From NCBI GenBank assembly GCA_964187785.1, contig OZ076413.1, forward strand, positions 45,944,001 through 46,008,000: a stretch of 64,000 nt of DNA, in the 5' to 3' direction. Position numbers and translations under genes: made by a program. This document shows positions 1-14,049 of the stretch, piece after piece. The stretch is from Amphiscolops sp. MND2022 (lineage: Eukaryota). How positions within the stretch are numbered: position 1 is the first letter of the stretch; every line of letters begins with the position of its first letter. Under the pieces are notes generated by a model. It was not told the DNA's origin. It worked only from the letters and a program-made list of their open reading frames with translations, and ran no database searches.

Positions 1-1958
1 CAATAAATCAAATTCTTTCGTGCCCATTGAGCGCTTACACATCGATAACTTTTGAAATTACGGACAAAAATTTCTGAATGATTACAGAAAGAGCAGTAAT
101 TTTATTGTATGTTATATTGGTTCCCCCACTCCAGAGATGCAAAGTTGAAAAAAGTAGAATATTAGATGATTCTACTTTTGACTTGAGCAATCACGAAATC
201 GTTATACAAACAAATAACTAGGGGATAGAACATCTGGCCAAAGGTTTACGACCTGATCGGCTTTTTTTCAATACATGTAGAGGGGCAATTTTTGGAACAT
301 TCGTTTTTTTGCAATGTTAAGATATTGTTTTTGAAAAGGAACTATTCTGAATTGATTTAAAAAATTGCATCGAAGGATGAAGTTTCAAAAGTTATTCCAA
401 TACGGAATCCGTGATTGCCAAAACTTTTGGATGGAATTAGCCAGAGAAACTCCATTGTTTACTTGAGGAAACAACAACTGTTTTCGTGTTTCCAAATGGC
501 TTTTATTTTAGTTTGCTGCAATGAAAAATTGTGGAATTAATCTGGCTAAAAGCGTTGACAACATCTGCCTATCAAAGAGATTTTTCACTTCTTGGCAGCT
601 GAAAAAAGTCAATATTCTTTTGATGCATGAAGAAGTAAAATCAAATGCCGGAAAAGCAATTGCGAAAAAGGTTTCCCGAGACGTGTTATTTTATAGATAT
701 TGACTGACCACTCTGCAAATCGTCTCGTGCATTTACCGTAGATATCGGGAAAGATTACATTCAAACATTGTTGGGGAAAATGCCCAGTTTGATATATTTA
801 CGTCGGAACAAAGAGAAAAAATGTGAGAGTAATTTGAGAGTGCGCGGTTACTTTGGTTGCAAAATGATTTTTTTTGTTCTGAAGCCATCCAACGCTATTT
901 CAATGGAAGTTTGCTTCGAAAAGCGGACTATTTCTGAAGATTTAAAGTTAAAATTGTGTCGTCCTTGACGAAGTTGATTCAGTCAAATTAATTTAGTTCT
1001 TGACTTCACGCTTCGGATACATAATTTTACTTTATTTTGCCAAAAGTTTTGGCAAATGAAGAACTTCAACGTTTTCACAACAGTTCATGCTCACTGTAGT
1101 CAAGAACCTCTATGTGGAAAAGCTACGACGTGAACGTGGCAATTATCTACAATAGTCTTTTGCAGGTCCGAACAAAAAGGAAACATCCAAGAGAGCGCAA
1201 TGGAAGAAGTAAAGAATCTGGATGAAGAAGACTTTGCATATTCAGTTATTAGTTATAACAGAAGTATTGATAACAATGCAAACAAAAAGACGAGGAAAGA
1301 GCTGATCAACTCTTATAGCATCTTCGCCTGTGAGAACCAAGGTTAAATTATTATCAACACGTTTTCCTTTTCTCTCCCATGCATGAATTCAACGCTATGG
1401 CAACTTTCAATGTTATCTCAATATATGTCGAGAAATCTCTCAAAAGGTTGTTTATACCTCCCTAATTTGACAGAGGCGAGACTTCAGTTGTGTCTTGGAT
1501 ACAGGTTCAACATTTTCAGGTATTTTATCACATGATTTAACCATTTATAAGTTTTCATCATAGCATTTTTGAGAGAATACATTTTCAGTTGTGTTGTATC
1601 GATTGTCACCGGTAGCAGACTTCTTTTGATGCCTTTCTGTAAGCCTTTCTACGTTCGTCATTTTCAGAAGTTACATAATCATCTTTAACTGACGAGTCAT
1701 TGACGTCTCTCGAGTTAGTGAATACCTATATGTAAGGGACAAATGATGTTAAACGTCAATTTAACTATTTTATCGCAATCTCTTTTACCTAGCCACAGTG
1801 TGTTCTAAAAGCGATACTCTTCTTTTTCGGTTATCTGTTGTTTTCATTTGAGCATTTTCCCCAAACATCCTAACTTTTGATGACACATCTTTTCTCATGG
1901 AAAATTTCCAATGATGAATTCGGCAAAAAGTGGCGGAAGCTGTTTCTGGACCCTGTTG

Positions 1959-2581
1959 TTCGTCGGCGCTTCATGAAGTGAAACGCGACTATACTAGTGA
2001 CTCGTTTTTCCAATCCACTTGAACTGTCCAAAATAGTTCTACAAAGTTCTACGAAATTTTGAGGTGTCAATTTGGACCATTTGGCCCAGGGAACTGAACT
2101 ATAACAGTTTTTCCTTTTTTTTCAGCGTAACATACAAAACCCGTTGAGACAAAAGTGTACCCTTCTAGTTTTTTTCGGCATTGTAAGACTTTTTTCGGAA
2201 AATGTTTAATGTCTCCAAAGGGTCCCCCTTCAATTTTTTGACATTTTACGACTAATGGATGTTGACAAATTCCAAAGAGTACCCCTTCTACATTTTTCGG
2301 CACTATGAAACTGTTCAAAATTCCATTTTCTAGTTTTTTTCCGAAACTTTTCGAATGTCTCAAGAGGGCCCTTCAATTGTTGTGATTCTTTGCAACAGAA
2401 TGGATGAGAAAAACCCCAGAGGGTTCCCTTTTTATTAGCGTGCCATGGGCCCGCGCTAGCCGGCGTACGGCGCGCCAATTCGGTCCAATTTTTGGGATTT
2501 TCGGTAAGACGTGATAGTCGATACTTTGAAGTCATTTTGCTATTTTTGAGAGTGGCCGACTTATGCCGTTTCCGGCTTGTT
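1959..2581 (+). mobile_element. Helentron-associated (HINE/DINE-1-like) non-autonomous element
   Basis: 5' GTCGGCGCT with a nearby partial inverted copy, 3' GGCCGACT followed by CTTGTT (2576-2581), and internal GGGTCCC/TTTTTCGGCA-type repeats. Same architecture as 12763..13310 and 50880..51393. Confidence 0.55.
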
Positions 2582-2709
2582 AATGGAAATGTTCAGGGCG
2601 GTATGACAACGAACGGCAGAACTTTTCGTATGTGAATATTTGATTGAACGAATCTCCAATAATTTGATGACTGTTTTCTTTACGCAAAAAAATCGAAGGT
2701 GGGACCATG

Positions 2710-3842
2710 TGTAACGGCACCCTCTGATACAGCAAAATCAGTCAAAATTCTCTGAAAAATTCTAATTCGACGTGTGACGTGGCACTACCCAGCGATCGAA
2801 GACATGGTATGCTTGCTAAGAACCATGGTGAATCGCTAGCTAGCCTTGCCAACATCTTACCATGATCTTACCAAGATCTTGCCAAGGATACCATGATTAT
2901 GCAAGATCGTGCCAAGCGTACCATGTTTTACCATGATCTTAGTAAGGATGCCAAGATTAACCATGTTCTTGACAAGGGTTCCATGGTAGCAATTCCGTTT
3001 TTTGGTAACTCTTGCAATAACTTAATTCGGAGTTTGCTTTGTATGATAATTTATGATAGTAATAACAATGCCGTGCTCTCAAGTAACAAAGCTCGGTCAA
3101 TAGGTGCAGCAAAATATTGAGTAGTGTTGTAAACTTTTCCGGGGAAAAAGCTTTTTTCGATAAATAAAGGTTATGTCCGAAGTTATCAACAACTGTTTAT
3201 TCAGAAATTGGAGACGACAAGAAAAGAATAAATTATACAATTGAAATTATCTCAAATTTCTTTCCATGGTTACCTTGCCATGATCTTGCCATGATCTTGA
3301 CAAGCGTTCCATGTATCATGATTAGCCATGATCTTGACAAGGGTACCATGGTTAACCATGATTTAGCAAGATTGGCCATGATCTTGGCTAGCGTAGCGTG
3401 TCTTCTATCGCTGGGTAGGCATGTATTTGCTCTTTTCGCTGTTTCTGTTATTTTCAATGCAAAACGAAGACGAGAGCAGACCGAGCGAAAGACACAAAAT
3501 GGAATAGCCTGAGAGCCTATATAAACTGTAAAAATTTCGAGAAAAACTCGTTTTTGGGGCTAACATCCCGTTTTAATCGATTTTCAGCATTAAGCTACCC
3601 TATGTAGCGGAAACCGTAAAATGAGTCTTTTTGCCTAAAGATCCTTGTTTGGTACTTGGAGCCCTGCGCAATCAAAGACGAGGACCGGTGGACGAAGCAC
3701 CCACGGCCCCGGGACGTATTTCACCCCTGGAGGCAAAATGGATCTGCGGCCATGGGCGCCTGTTCCGAGCGATACACCCATTTCTGCGACCGATAACAGT
3801 TGCGCGACCCAGTTGAGCGACCGATAACAGCTTGCCTTTACA
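2710..3842 (+). mobile_element. Solo LTR related to the LTR of the 21157..49646 element, interrupted by a MITE
   Basis: Starts TGTAACGGCACCCTCTGATACAGCAAAATCAGTC, matching the reverse complement of the sequence ending at 21927. Ends AGCTTGCCTTTACA (cf. AGCTTGTCGTTACA). Flanked by ATG/ATG. Confidence 0.8.
2788..3415. mobile_element. Non-autonomous TIR element, probably CMC/EnSpm-like
   Basis: TIRs CCCAGCGATCGAAGACA / TGTCTTCTATCGCTGGG, TA duplicated on both sides, and many subterminal CCATG(ATCTT) repeats. Removing it restores the LTR (GCACTAGGCATG vs GCACTGAGCATG). Confidence 0.8.
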
Positions 3843-5702
3843 ATGTGTCGTATTTCCCCCAGGTACACCTTGTTCTGAATTGCCACCCCCATTTTCTTCT
3901 TGACTAAAAAATTCCATATAGAAGTGAATCTAATATGAATGTGAACACATAGAGGATTGTCTCTACAGCTGTTTTGAAACTTCCAGCAAACAATGACCTT
4001 AAGTTTGTGATATTATTGTCCAAACGTCCAAAAAATTGACGCTTGGAACGAGCAAAAATCGTATGAAAAGGCCCTTATTTCAACGAAACATTTTCTCCGC
4101 GTTAAAATCTAATGAGCAACTTTTAACAGGCAATCAATGCAACAGATATGATTATATCGACATCAAATATTTTATTGGACCAAACTTTGAACGCAAACGA
4201 TACCGACATAAGGTATGTGAACGTTGTGTCTTATCAATAACCAGCTTTCCCCCCCCCCCCCACTCCGCGGCCGCGGGGAGGGGGAATAGGACACATTGTC
4301 CCGAAGGTGTTTCTAGTTCTTTTCCTAACGACAAAAAGTACCAATGAACATTTGTTCGCTGCTGTTAGCTTGTTTTGTTTGAGATTTTTAAGAGCTCAAA
4401 TCCTTGTTTAAAAAAATTTCGTGAAAAGGGATCGTTTTGTAGTTTTCAAGGATGTCCACTATATATATCATCATCCCCGAAGAATACAAGCACTTGTTCC
4501 ATTGACGAGACTTAGAGTAGCAAAATACCTGTAATTGAGAAGACAAACGCAGTCGCAGAGTCTGAACTGGCAATCAATTTCGCAGAAGAAGAGATTGTTC
4601 AAGTTTTAACGACGTCAGTTGAACAAAAACTTTTAATTCGAGAATTCTTCTGTCAGTGTAGACAACCTTTTGTTAGACACACTCATCAAGAACAATCTGG
4701 CTGGAATTTGTTCCAGGCAGATCAAAAACGCTGTCTCAAGGTCTGAAAATTGACTTCTAGCATTATTTTCCGTTTCTGTAGGTACAAATTTTTACTAGTG
4801 CAGAGAATATTACCTATAGGTCTATAGAAGTAAATCTGTGGAGATTACTGTTTCAGTGAAACGAAGCCGCAACAGGCAAAGTTTCAGAAAAGACACATAT
4901 TAGAAATATAGTTATAAAGTAGGGTTGTAATGTCGGATCTCCCAATAAAATTCACTCACAATTTTTAATGGAAAGTAAGCGACAGGCCCAATCCGAAAAT
5001 TCATCCTAATGTATTCCAAACGGAATAAAGTCACTATCATGTGCTTGGTGATTCATTCTCAAAACCAAATCTTTACACACAAAGATATGAAACACTGTTT
5101 AAGCCTGTCAATTTATTGAAACTTACGAACATGATTTTAGTAAAGTATTTATAATATGACACAACTTTTCATGTACACTGTCTGAAAACAATTGGAACAA
5201 AACTCTGTTCTTGAATTCTGCGATATCCTTTCATATTTCAAAATTTCATTGATTTATAAAAAGCCTCTAAAAGAACAGGACTGGATTGTTACTCTTCCGC
5301 GTTTTATTTTTACCTTCAGAAAAGCACTATGTTCGGCAGTCCAGAGTGATGTCAAACTGTAAACAATTGCTAACTAATTTTTACACCACGCTTCAATCGA
5401 TAACTTTTTCCAGGATATATCACGTGATTCGCATTCCCATACTACGATACCTGAAAATAACGTTTCGGTTCCATGCTCGCTAACCAACACGGATCACACT
5501 TGAGAAATTTTTTGATATTAGTATCTGCCAAATTATTCATCCATAGTTAAATTGATTTCGTTCACGATTTTTCTAAACGATACACTGCAAAATATTGCAA
5601 ATTATTGTGGAAAATGTTATTTTGTCACATTGCTTGAGATTATTCAAACTATGATATTTTTAAAAAGTTCCCGGACAGTGATAGTTTATTGAACTCCAAT
5701 GA

Positions 5703-5954
5703 AGAACGCTACTGTATAGCCCAGATATCGTTAGTACACTATTGTTCTCGATGATGGGTCCGACAGTTTCATATTCTTTGTTGATAACTGATGACTGTTA
5801 ATAGTACAATTGTCTATTTTTAGTCTGTACAGACTAAAAATAGACAATTGTACTATTAACAGTCATCAGTTATCAACAAAGAATATGAAACTGTCGGACC
5901 CATCATCGAGAACAATAGTGTACTAACGATATCTGGGCTATACAGTAGCGTTCT
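5703..5954. repeat. Perfect spacerless 252-bp palindrome
   Basis: Centre TCTGT|ACAGA at 5828/5829. The arms read as exact reverse complements out to 5703 and 5954. Confidence 0.95.
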
Positions 5955-7182
5955 AAAATATTGCAACATCGGTTTTCTAGGCAAATATTATCAAATATCT
6001 CGGACTCTAGGGTAACTAGAAAAGTAAATAAGGTATCAATCAAAAGGTAATTTGGCAAGCTTTCCAGGAAAATTTGTTTGTTTGTTTTCATTCTTATCAC
6101 CAAAAATTCCCCAGACCTAAGCTAAAGATACAGCAAATATTATTACTTTATATCGCAAAAAAACTGTTTATCTCAGATTTCCAAAATATTGAGCTTTCAT
6201 AAAAGCACCGTTTCACGTGTTATTTGGCGATTATTTCTGGAACGAGGAACAACTCATCGCAAATTCAGTCTTGAAAGACCCCGAAAAGGCACCAACTTTG
6301 TCGAAAAAACCGTTGTTCGGAGCTGTGAAAAAGACCCTTTTCAAACAGGTTCTGAAATTGCCCAAACTTTACCAATTATGATCGCGCCTTCTAAGGTCCG
6401 CAAGATTTTGTGTAAATACAACCTGAAGGCGGAAGTTTACAACAAAAATCCTTTTTTTTCGCACATAAATCGGATGAACAAATCACTTTTTGCGAACATA
6501 ATTATATTAGATTCGGCAAAAAAGGACTAAGCTAGAGGAATGTCGTTTTTGTAACGAAACGATCATTTAATTACGACCTACTCGTCGTATACATGTCAGA
6601 AGAGACCATGTATCTTTGGTTTTCATCCATTATTTAGGATCTGATGATCTGAGGATAAGTCAGATCGAATGCCGAAAGGTTTATTTTTCCCATCAAAAAC
6701 AAAGTCAACAATGATGTTTACATCGACTGTTTGAAAAACTAGGTTCTACCCTTTCTGAATCGCCATGAAGTTTTTCAACAGGACAACGCACCGGTCCATA
6801 CAACTTAGCAAACGATTGTTTTTTTTTCAAGAGAATGCCTTCACAGTACTGGAAAACTGGCCCCCACAATCACCGAATTTGAATATCATCAAAAATTTTT
6901 GGCACTTTGTAAAAAAAATGTCATTCCAAGAAATCTTGAAAAACTGGAAGACTTTTGGATTTTCACTGAATTTCAAACTTCTACATAAAAACACTTTATG
7001 CTTCTATTCCGGGACGAATTTATTGACTTTTGAAAAGTAAAGGATACTCGACGGATTATTACAGCGTCAATAACGTTTTCTTACTTAAACGCTTATTTGA
7101 ACGATGTATTTGTTGTGGCCTGATTTAACTTTGAATTTTCGTTTTAATTTTCAAAGCGCTGCATTAGTTTAGAACGATACTG
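5943..7182 (+). mobile_element. Decayed Tc1/mariner DNA transposon
   Basis: TA|CAGTAGCGTTCTAAAATATTGCA ... TGCATTAGTTTAGAACGATACTG|TA, with transposase remnants inside. Confidence 0.9.
6189..7040 (+). pseudogene. Tc1-family transposase pseudogene
   Basis: HTH-like N-terminus (STVSRV..., RPRK, KDPF), CAGGACAACGCACC (QDNAP) near 6779, and WPPQSPNLNIIKNFW matching the Tc1 WPxxSPDLNPIENLW motif. Multiple stops and frameshifts. Confidence 0.85.
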
Positions 7183-8998
7183 TACATTGTGGAAGCCTTT
7201 CATGAGGATTATAGGCAGTTAAAATTGAGTCTTGTAGGTTTCCAAGACGTAATCAGCCTTTGCCAATATGATACCACTGGAAAAGAGAAATGAAATGCTA
7301 ACCACGCCGAACCGTTACTCGGGCCAAATCAGTGAAAAATATGTTGGGAAAAGCAGATAACTTGTAAAAAGACAATAATTTAGTACCAACAAACTAAACC
7401 GACATGAGCAGGGTTCAGGAACAATCTAATTTGAAAAAAAAGTTTCAAATCTTTTCAAAAGAAAGTGTTGTTATTGAATCGCTTTCTTGAGTTTTACAAA
7501 GTTTTGAGCATTTCTTCCAATAGTAAAGATAAACCCTCAAAATACTGAAGTAATGACATCTACATTTTTCAACATTTCACTGTTACATAATTTTTCTAAA
7601 GCGGAGAAAGAAGCTAAAACAGCTCGTCAATGTCATCCTCTGTTCTGACTGGATGTAAGTTTCGTTAAATAACGTCTAACTAAAATTCTTCCACAAATGT
7701 GCAAGCTAGTTCGTGCAAATTTGCATATTGAGTATCAGAAAAGATTTTGGACATCAGTATCAACTTCTCTCTTTCCAAGAATCAAGTAGGTGAAAATTTA
7801 AAAGTCTGAGGTTGGACTTTTCGCATTTTTATTTTTTTCCCTTATGTCGAAAAAACAGTATTCCTATAGTTCGTTTTGAAAATACACAAATACACAAAAG
7901 TTCGAAAACGGGTACGTTTTTCACCAATAGGAAACTACCGCAGAGGTTTGTTATTATAATAACAAAACGATGTGATAGTTTAGGAAAGTAGAAATACCTT
8001 CGAAATATTTATGAATGAAACAACGTGAAAGAGCAAAAGTCGTTTTTTAGTTCAATTTGAAAAGATACCAAGCTTCAAACGCTTAAAACTTAAACAATGA
8101 CTAGATGCAAACTCGGGTTATGACCTCGGCAAACTCTAATGAATATCAAATAAAATGTTAACAAATTGGAGTCGGAATATGCAATGAGCATAAACATTAC
8201 CATCAAAGTTAAATTTGAAAAATTTGGCCACTGGTTAGTTCTAAACTCTTACGCTGGAAGGATTATTTGGGTGATTATTTTTAGAAAGTCAAAACGAAAA
8301 AGTTGAACAAAGACAAAACTTCCTAGAGGATCGACATTTCAGGCTAAACAATGTTTCCAACTGAAAGCACCGAAAAGACGCAATCAGAAGCACTTTTGGA
8401 AAAAGCCTCACCGGCCAAAAAACGCTCAACGGTGGTCAACCCGGGTTGAAACCCCTAGCGGATAAATATGACTTTTCGCATTTATCGGAATTCTATCGTC
8501 AACTAAGTTGAATAGCACGGAACAAGTATTTCCGAATTGGTAAAAATGCTTCAGTTTTCTATTTGACTTTCATCAGAATGAACTAATCCTGGCTATTAAT
8601 TGAAGTACTCGGCTCGCAAAGTCGCATCGTTTTTACGCGTTTGAACTCTACTTTGCGTTAACGTAACCCCATGGGTTGCGTCGTTGCCCCGTTGCAACGT
8701 TTTCTTTCTTTTTTTTGAACATTATCCAGATTCGAAATTCTCGTATTCATTTGTGTTTCTTAGTTTTTCTTCTAGAATTACTTATAAAAAAGTTTCGATA
8801 GTGAAATTTAAATTTTATTTGCAACATAAGTGGAATAATAGTATGTTTATACCCTCTCAACCAAGTTTTATTCAATTCTTCTGCCGAAACTTGAAGAAAT
8901 GTTTCAAATTCCTTAATGCTGCTAACAAGTCACGCCAAATTTTACAAAAATCTTGTCAAAACAAAAGCCTCATTAGCTAGCACTGTAATAGAGAATTT

Positions 8999-9298
8999 TT
9001 AGCACGAAATATAATCTAAGAAACTCCCAAAATATTCATCGTGCCGGGGAACCTGCAGAAACATGTAAAACTTTCGACCATTCTCAATTAGGGCGGAAAA
9101 TGAGGAAAAACATGAAAATGATGACTCACCAGAGCTGTCGTGGAAACCGTTTTCGTTCTGATAAACGTTTATGGAGGAAACTGGATTCTTCTGTTTCGAC
9201 ACGAAGGAATAAATCTGCTCAATAATCGTGAAGACCATGAGTAAAATGAAAGCTGCGCTTAGAATTAGCACAACTTTGTAGTGCATTTCTAAATTCAA
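8999..9298 (-). CDS. Possible small membrane protein or exon fragment (copy at 11266..11565)
   Basis: N-terminal hydrophobic stretch VVLILSAAFILLMVFTII and a GTGAGT...CTGCAG intron-like segment at 9053..9129. No recognisable family. Confidence 0.2.
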   Translation of the reverse strand: MNLEMHYKVVLILSAAFILLMVFTIIEQIYSFVSKQKNPVSSINVYQNENGFHDSSGESSFSCFSSFSALIENGRKFYMFLQVPRHDEYFGSFLDYISC

Positions 9299-10939
9299 AT
9301 ATCAGCTAGAAACAACTTAAAATCAGGTTGAAACTAAGTGAATTGACGCAAGTATACGTAAATCTAATCATAATAAACAATATTCATTTGGGGGTAAACT
9401 GAAAAATATAAGGGGAGAAAACAATATTGATTGATAATATGGCAGCAAATTGGAACAAATTGAATCTGAACAAGGGTGCTGTAAAAATACAACAACAAAA
9501 GTTGGTGTGAAAAATTGAAAGAATTCGAAGGTCATTCGTACTGAAGTTTCGCTCTTTGACAATTTCAAGTCGTTTCAAAGCGAACAACTTCAAACAAAAG
9601 TCGTTCACGTTTCGATTTTGCTACATTTTGTAGTAACGAAGACGTTCATTTGCGTCGCATCAGACATTTCGGTAAGTAAACTCTAGTGATGTTTAGAACC
9701 AACCGCGCTCAAAAATGTTCCGTCCGACTGATAAAAGCTCAATCTTGTACAATATTTTTCCACATTGGTTGCAGGAATTAAAACAATTTTTCAGTCGAAC
9801 TGGTATCTCTTCAGTTGTTGATTTCTTGCATCATTTTGTTGGCGTAAATGTCCTTTCCCAAGATGATATATGAATTGAGCGTTTTCATTGGCTGAAAATG
9901 TGGTTTGACTGTTGCACAGAAAATCAAAAATTGATCGAAAGAAAATAGATTGGATAAGAAGCTCGAATATAGGTGTAAAATTTGAAGCGGGATAGTATTC
10001 TTTCGGGGAAAAACATTGTAACTTTTTGTAATTAATTTCCACTTTCCACATGCTGTCAAACTTAGCTTACAAATCCAAATCTTATAAGCAACTACTGCAG
10101 CCTAAGTTTATAAGGAAAGTTATCCAGTAAAATTTTTCTGAGGTTTGCAACTAGTCTTGTATTGGGTTTTGGAAATTGATGGGTCCTCAATAATTAGGCT
10201 GAAAATGACACATGATAGAATGATATACAATGTCGGTGCTACTAGCGTCGGTGGTAATAAAATTTCACGCACATTTATTGCATTAAAACCGCTTCTCAAA
10301 ATATTTGAAATTTCGCTTTTCCAAGTACTTTTCTGCACAGGTAATTTCTGTCAATGTTTCGAAGTCTTCTCTACCAAACGTCACGAAACTTAGAGGTCAC
10401 AGCCACTGAGTACACACAATGCTAGTGCAAGGTTACAACGAATGCTCGGGGCTTTCCACGTGGTTCGGTGGAGTACAGGGTCTGAGACTGATAAAAACAA
10501 GACGAGTAGTTGGACGCTTTAGCTAAAGGTTAACAATTGGTTTTCTTTGCTGAAAAAAAGCAATCACCCAAAACGTGAAACAGAAGCACTTTTGGAAAAA
10601 GTCTCACCGGCCGAAAAACGCTCAACGGTGGTCAACCCGGGTTGAAACCCCTAGCGGATAAATATGACTTTTCACATTTATCGGAAATCTATCGTCAACT
10701 AAGTTGAATAGCACGGAACAAGTATTTCCGAATTGGTAAAAATGCTTCAGTTTTCTATTTGACTTTCATCAGAATGAACTAATCCTGGCTATTAATTGAA
10801 GTACTCGGCTCGCAAAGTCGCATCGTTTTTACGCGTTTGAACTCTACTTTGCGTTAACGTAACCCCAACGTTTTCTTTCTTTTTTTGAACATTATCCAGA
10901 TTCGAAATTCTCGTTTCATTTGTGTTTCTTAGTTTTTCT

Positions 10940-11080
10940 TCTAGAATTACTTATAAAAACAATTTCGATAATGAAATTTAAATTTTATTTGCAACGTAAG
11001 TGGAATAATGTATTATTCCACTTACGTTGCAAATAAAATTTAAATTCCATTATCGAAACTTTTTAAAAAGTAATTCTAGA
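10940..11080. repeat. Fold-back inverted duplication (~70-bp arms) present only in the second copy of the tandem unit
   Basis: TGGAATAAT-GT-ATTATTCCA centre near 11010. Absent at the matching position (~8840) of copy 1. Confidence 0.9.
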
Positions 11081-12762
11081 TTATAATATGTTTATAATAT
11101 GTATTATAGTATGTTTATACCCTCTCAACCAAGTTTGTTCAATTCTTCTGCCGAAACTTGAAGAAATGTTTCAAATTCCTTAATGCTGCTAACAAGTCAC
11201 GCCAAATTTTACAAAAATCTTGTCAAAACAAAAGCCTCATTAGCTAGCACTGCAATAGGGAATTTTTAGCACGAAATATAATCTAAGAAACTCCCAAAAT
11301 ATTCATCGTGCCGGGGAACCTGCAGAAACATGTAAAACTTTCGACCATTCTCAATTAGAGCGGAAAATGAGGAAAAACATGAAAATGATGACTCACCAGA
11401 GCTGTCGTGGAAACCATTGTCGTTCTGATAAACGTTTATGGAAGAAACTGGATTCTTCTGTTTCGACACGAAGGAATAAATCTGCTCAATAATCGTGAAG
11501 ACCATGAGTAAAATGAAAGCTGCGCTTAGAATTAGCACAACTTTGTAGTGCTTTTCTAAATTCAAATATCAGCTAGAAACAACTTAAAATCAGGTTGAAA
11601 CTAAGTGAATTGACGCAAGTATACGTAAATCTAATCATAATAAACAGTATTCATTTGGGGGTAAACTGAAAAATATAAGGGGGGAGAACAATATTGATTG
11701 ATAATATGGCAGCAAATTGGAACAAACTGAATCTGAACAAGGGTGCTGTAAAAATTTAACAACAAAAGTTGGTGTGAAAAAGTGAAAGAATTCGAAGGTC
11801 ATTCGTACTGAAGTTTCGCTCTTTGACAATTTCAAGTCGTTTCAAAGCGAACAACTTCAAACAAAAGTCGTTCACGTTTTGATTTTGCTACATTTTGTAG
11901 TAACAAAGACGTTCATTTGCGTCGCATCAGACATTTCGGTAAGTAAACTCTAGTGATGTTTAGAACCAACCGCGCTCAAAAATGTTCCGTCCGACTGATA
12001 AAAGCTCAATCTTGTACAATATTTTTCCACATTGGTTGCAGGAATTAAAACAATTTTTCAGTCGAACCGGTATCTCTTCAGTTGTTGATTTCTTGCATCA
12101 TTTTGTTGGCGTAAATGTCCTTTCCCAAGATGATATATGAATTGAGCGTTTTCATTGGCTGAAAATGTGGTTTAACTGTTGCACAGAAAATCAAAAATTG
12201 ATCGAAAGAAAATAGATTGGATAAGAAGCTCGAATATAGGTGTAAAATTTGAAGCGGGATAGTATTCTTTCGGGGAAAAACATTGTAACTTTTTGTAATT
12301 AATTTCCACTTTCCACATGCTGTCAAACTTAGCTTACAAATCCAAATCTTATAAGCAACTACTGCAGCCTAAGTTTATAAGGAAAGTTATCCAGTAAAAT
12401 TTTTCTGAGGTTTGCAACTAGTCTTGTATTGGGTTTTGGAGATTGATGGGTCCTCAATAATTAGGCTGAAAATGACACATGATAGAATGATATACAATGT
12501 CGGTGCTACTAGCGTCGGTGGTAATAAAATTTCACGCACATTTATTGCATTAAAACCGCTTCTCAAAATATTTGAAATTTCGCTTTTCCAAGTACTTTTC
12601 TGCACAGGTAATTTCTGTCAATGTTTCGAAGTCTTCTCTACCAAACGTCACGAAACTTAGAGGTCACAGCCACTGAGTACACACAATGCTAGTGCAAGGT
12701 TACAACGAATGCTCGGGGCTTTCCACGTGGTTCGGTGGAGTACAGGGTCTGAGACTGATAAA

Positions 12763-13310
12763 AACAAGACGAGTAGTTTTTAAAAAACGTCTAAAGTCGG
12801 CGCTATATCTAAGGCTCAAAAAGCGCAGAGTTTTTAAAACATTCCCAGCTCTTCTTTATGAAAAGCTCAGAAAACAGTTTCGAGACACCCAAAGGGTGCC
12901 TTTCATGCTTTCGGAAAATGTCGCATAGTGCCGAAAAATGCAAAAGTGGACACCCTTTGGGTTTTACTAAAATACATTCAGTTACAAAATATCGAAAAAA
13001 CTCGGAGGAGGGACCCTTTTGAAACATTAAAAAAATTTCGGAAAAACTCGCACATTGCCAAATAAATCAAAAGGGGGGACCCTATAGACTCGTTCGGTTC
13101 TGTAGGTTACGGTAAAAAAGTTAAAAAATGAAAGAGGAGACCCTTTGCACTAAGTTTGTCTTGGCCGGCAAGTAGTTTTAGTAGTCTGAGTAGTTTAAGT
13201 AGTTTTTGTATAAAAAGTGGACCAATCAGTGTGAGGATTATCATCTGAAAAAAAGGTCGTTGTAAGAGTCGGGCATAATTTCCTTAAAAGGAAAAAGCGC
13301 CGATTAAAAA
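12763..13310 (-). mobile_element. HINE/DINE-1-like element
   Basis: AACAAG at the left end (CTTGTT on minus), subterminal AAGTCGGCGCT / AGCGCCGATT, an extra AGTCGGGC near the right end, and internal GGGACCCTTT/TGCCGAAAAA repeats. Confidence 0.6.
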
Positions 13311-14049
13311 CGGCTCTTTTGGCGTACCCTTTCAACAATCGAAGCGACAGGAGAAACTGCGCTAACGTGTTGCTCGACTGGTCTTAGCGATGCAACAACC
13401 CTTCAATTGTATGTGCCCTGGTAGTTATTGGACACCGACAGCCCTTAAGGTTTAGAAAAAAATGTCTCTCATTGCTTTTTTGAAGTTGAAGCATCAGAGA
13501 GTTTGTGTCATTACTATTGGGCAATACTCTCACCAATTTTTCGATACAGACGTTTTTCTTCTGGAAATTACAAACATGAAGCTAAACCTGAGGCAGAGAT
13601 GGGAAATTGATGACACGACCCAAATATTGCTCAAATTGGAACAAGGGAAAAATGAAGCTTTTCGGTGTGTTCTCTCACTTTTCTCCAGGCTTGAAAGGCT
13701 TCGCACGCCTTAGCCTAGATACTAACTGGCAATGAGAACCATGAGATTCGCAACAATCAAAAATACTGAGTGCCATGCAATACATTCTGATACTCCTTAA
13801 AAGGCCAGTTTTTGGGAATGCTTGTTATTTTCGCAACTGTGTCTTTGACGGTACAACGGTGTTGGTTGCTCTAAATTTTGGGGTAGTGTGCAACATATGC
13901 TACTAGTATTTTGAGGAAGGCAATTTCTGTATTATTCAACACTTCGTGGTGGTTTTTCAACCTTGCTGAAACGATCCCTCTCCGGTCGCCAAAAACGTGA
14001 TCATGATGTAACGGCCCTAGTTGAAGCTGCCGGAAAGTTTTCCATGTTG

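Larger units (their letters stand above)
8385..12778. repeat. Direct tandem duplication of a ~2.15 kb unit (8385..10511 and 10581..12778)
   Basis: Both copies start CAGAAGCACTTTTGGAAAAAG and end AACAAGACGAGTAGTT. The ORF track shows near-identical ORF pairs. Confidence 0.95.

Noticed and set aside
9811..10059. GKWKL motif suggesting a fatty-acid-binding protein
   Set aside because: The similarity does not extend beyond five residues.
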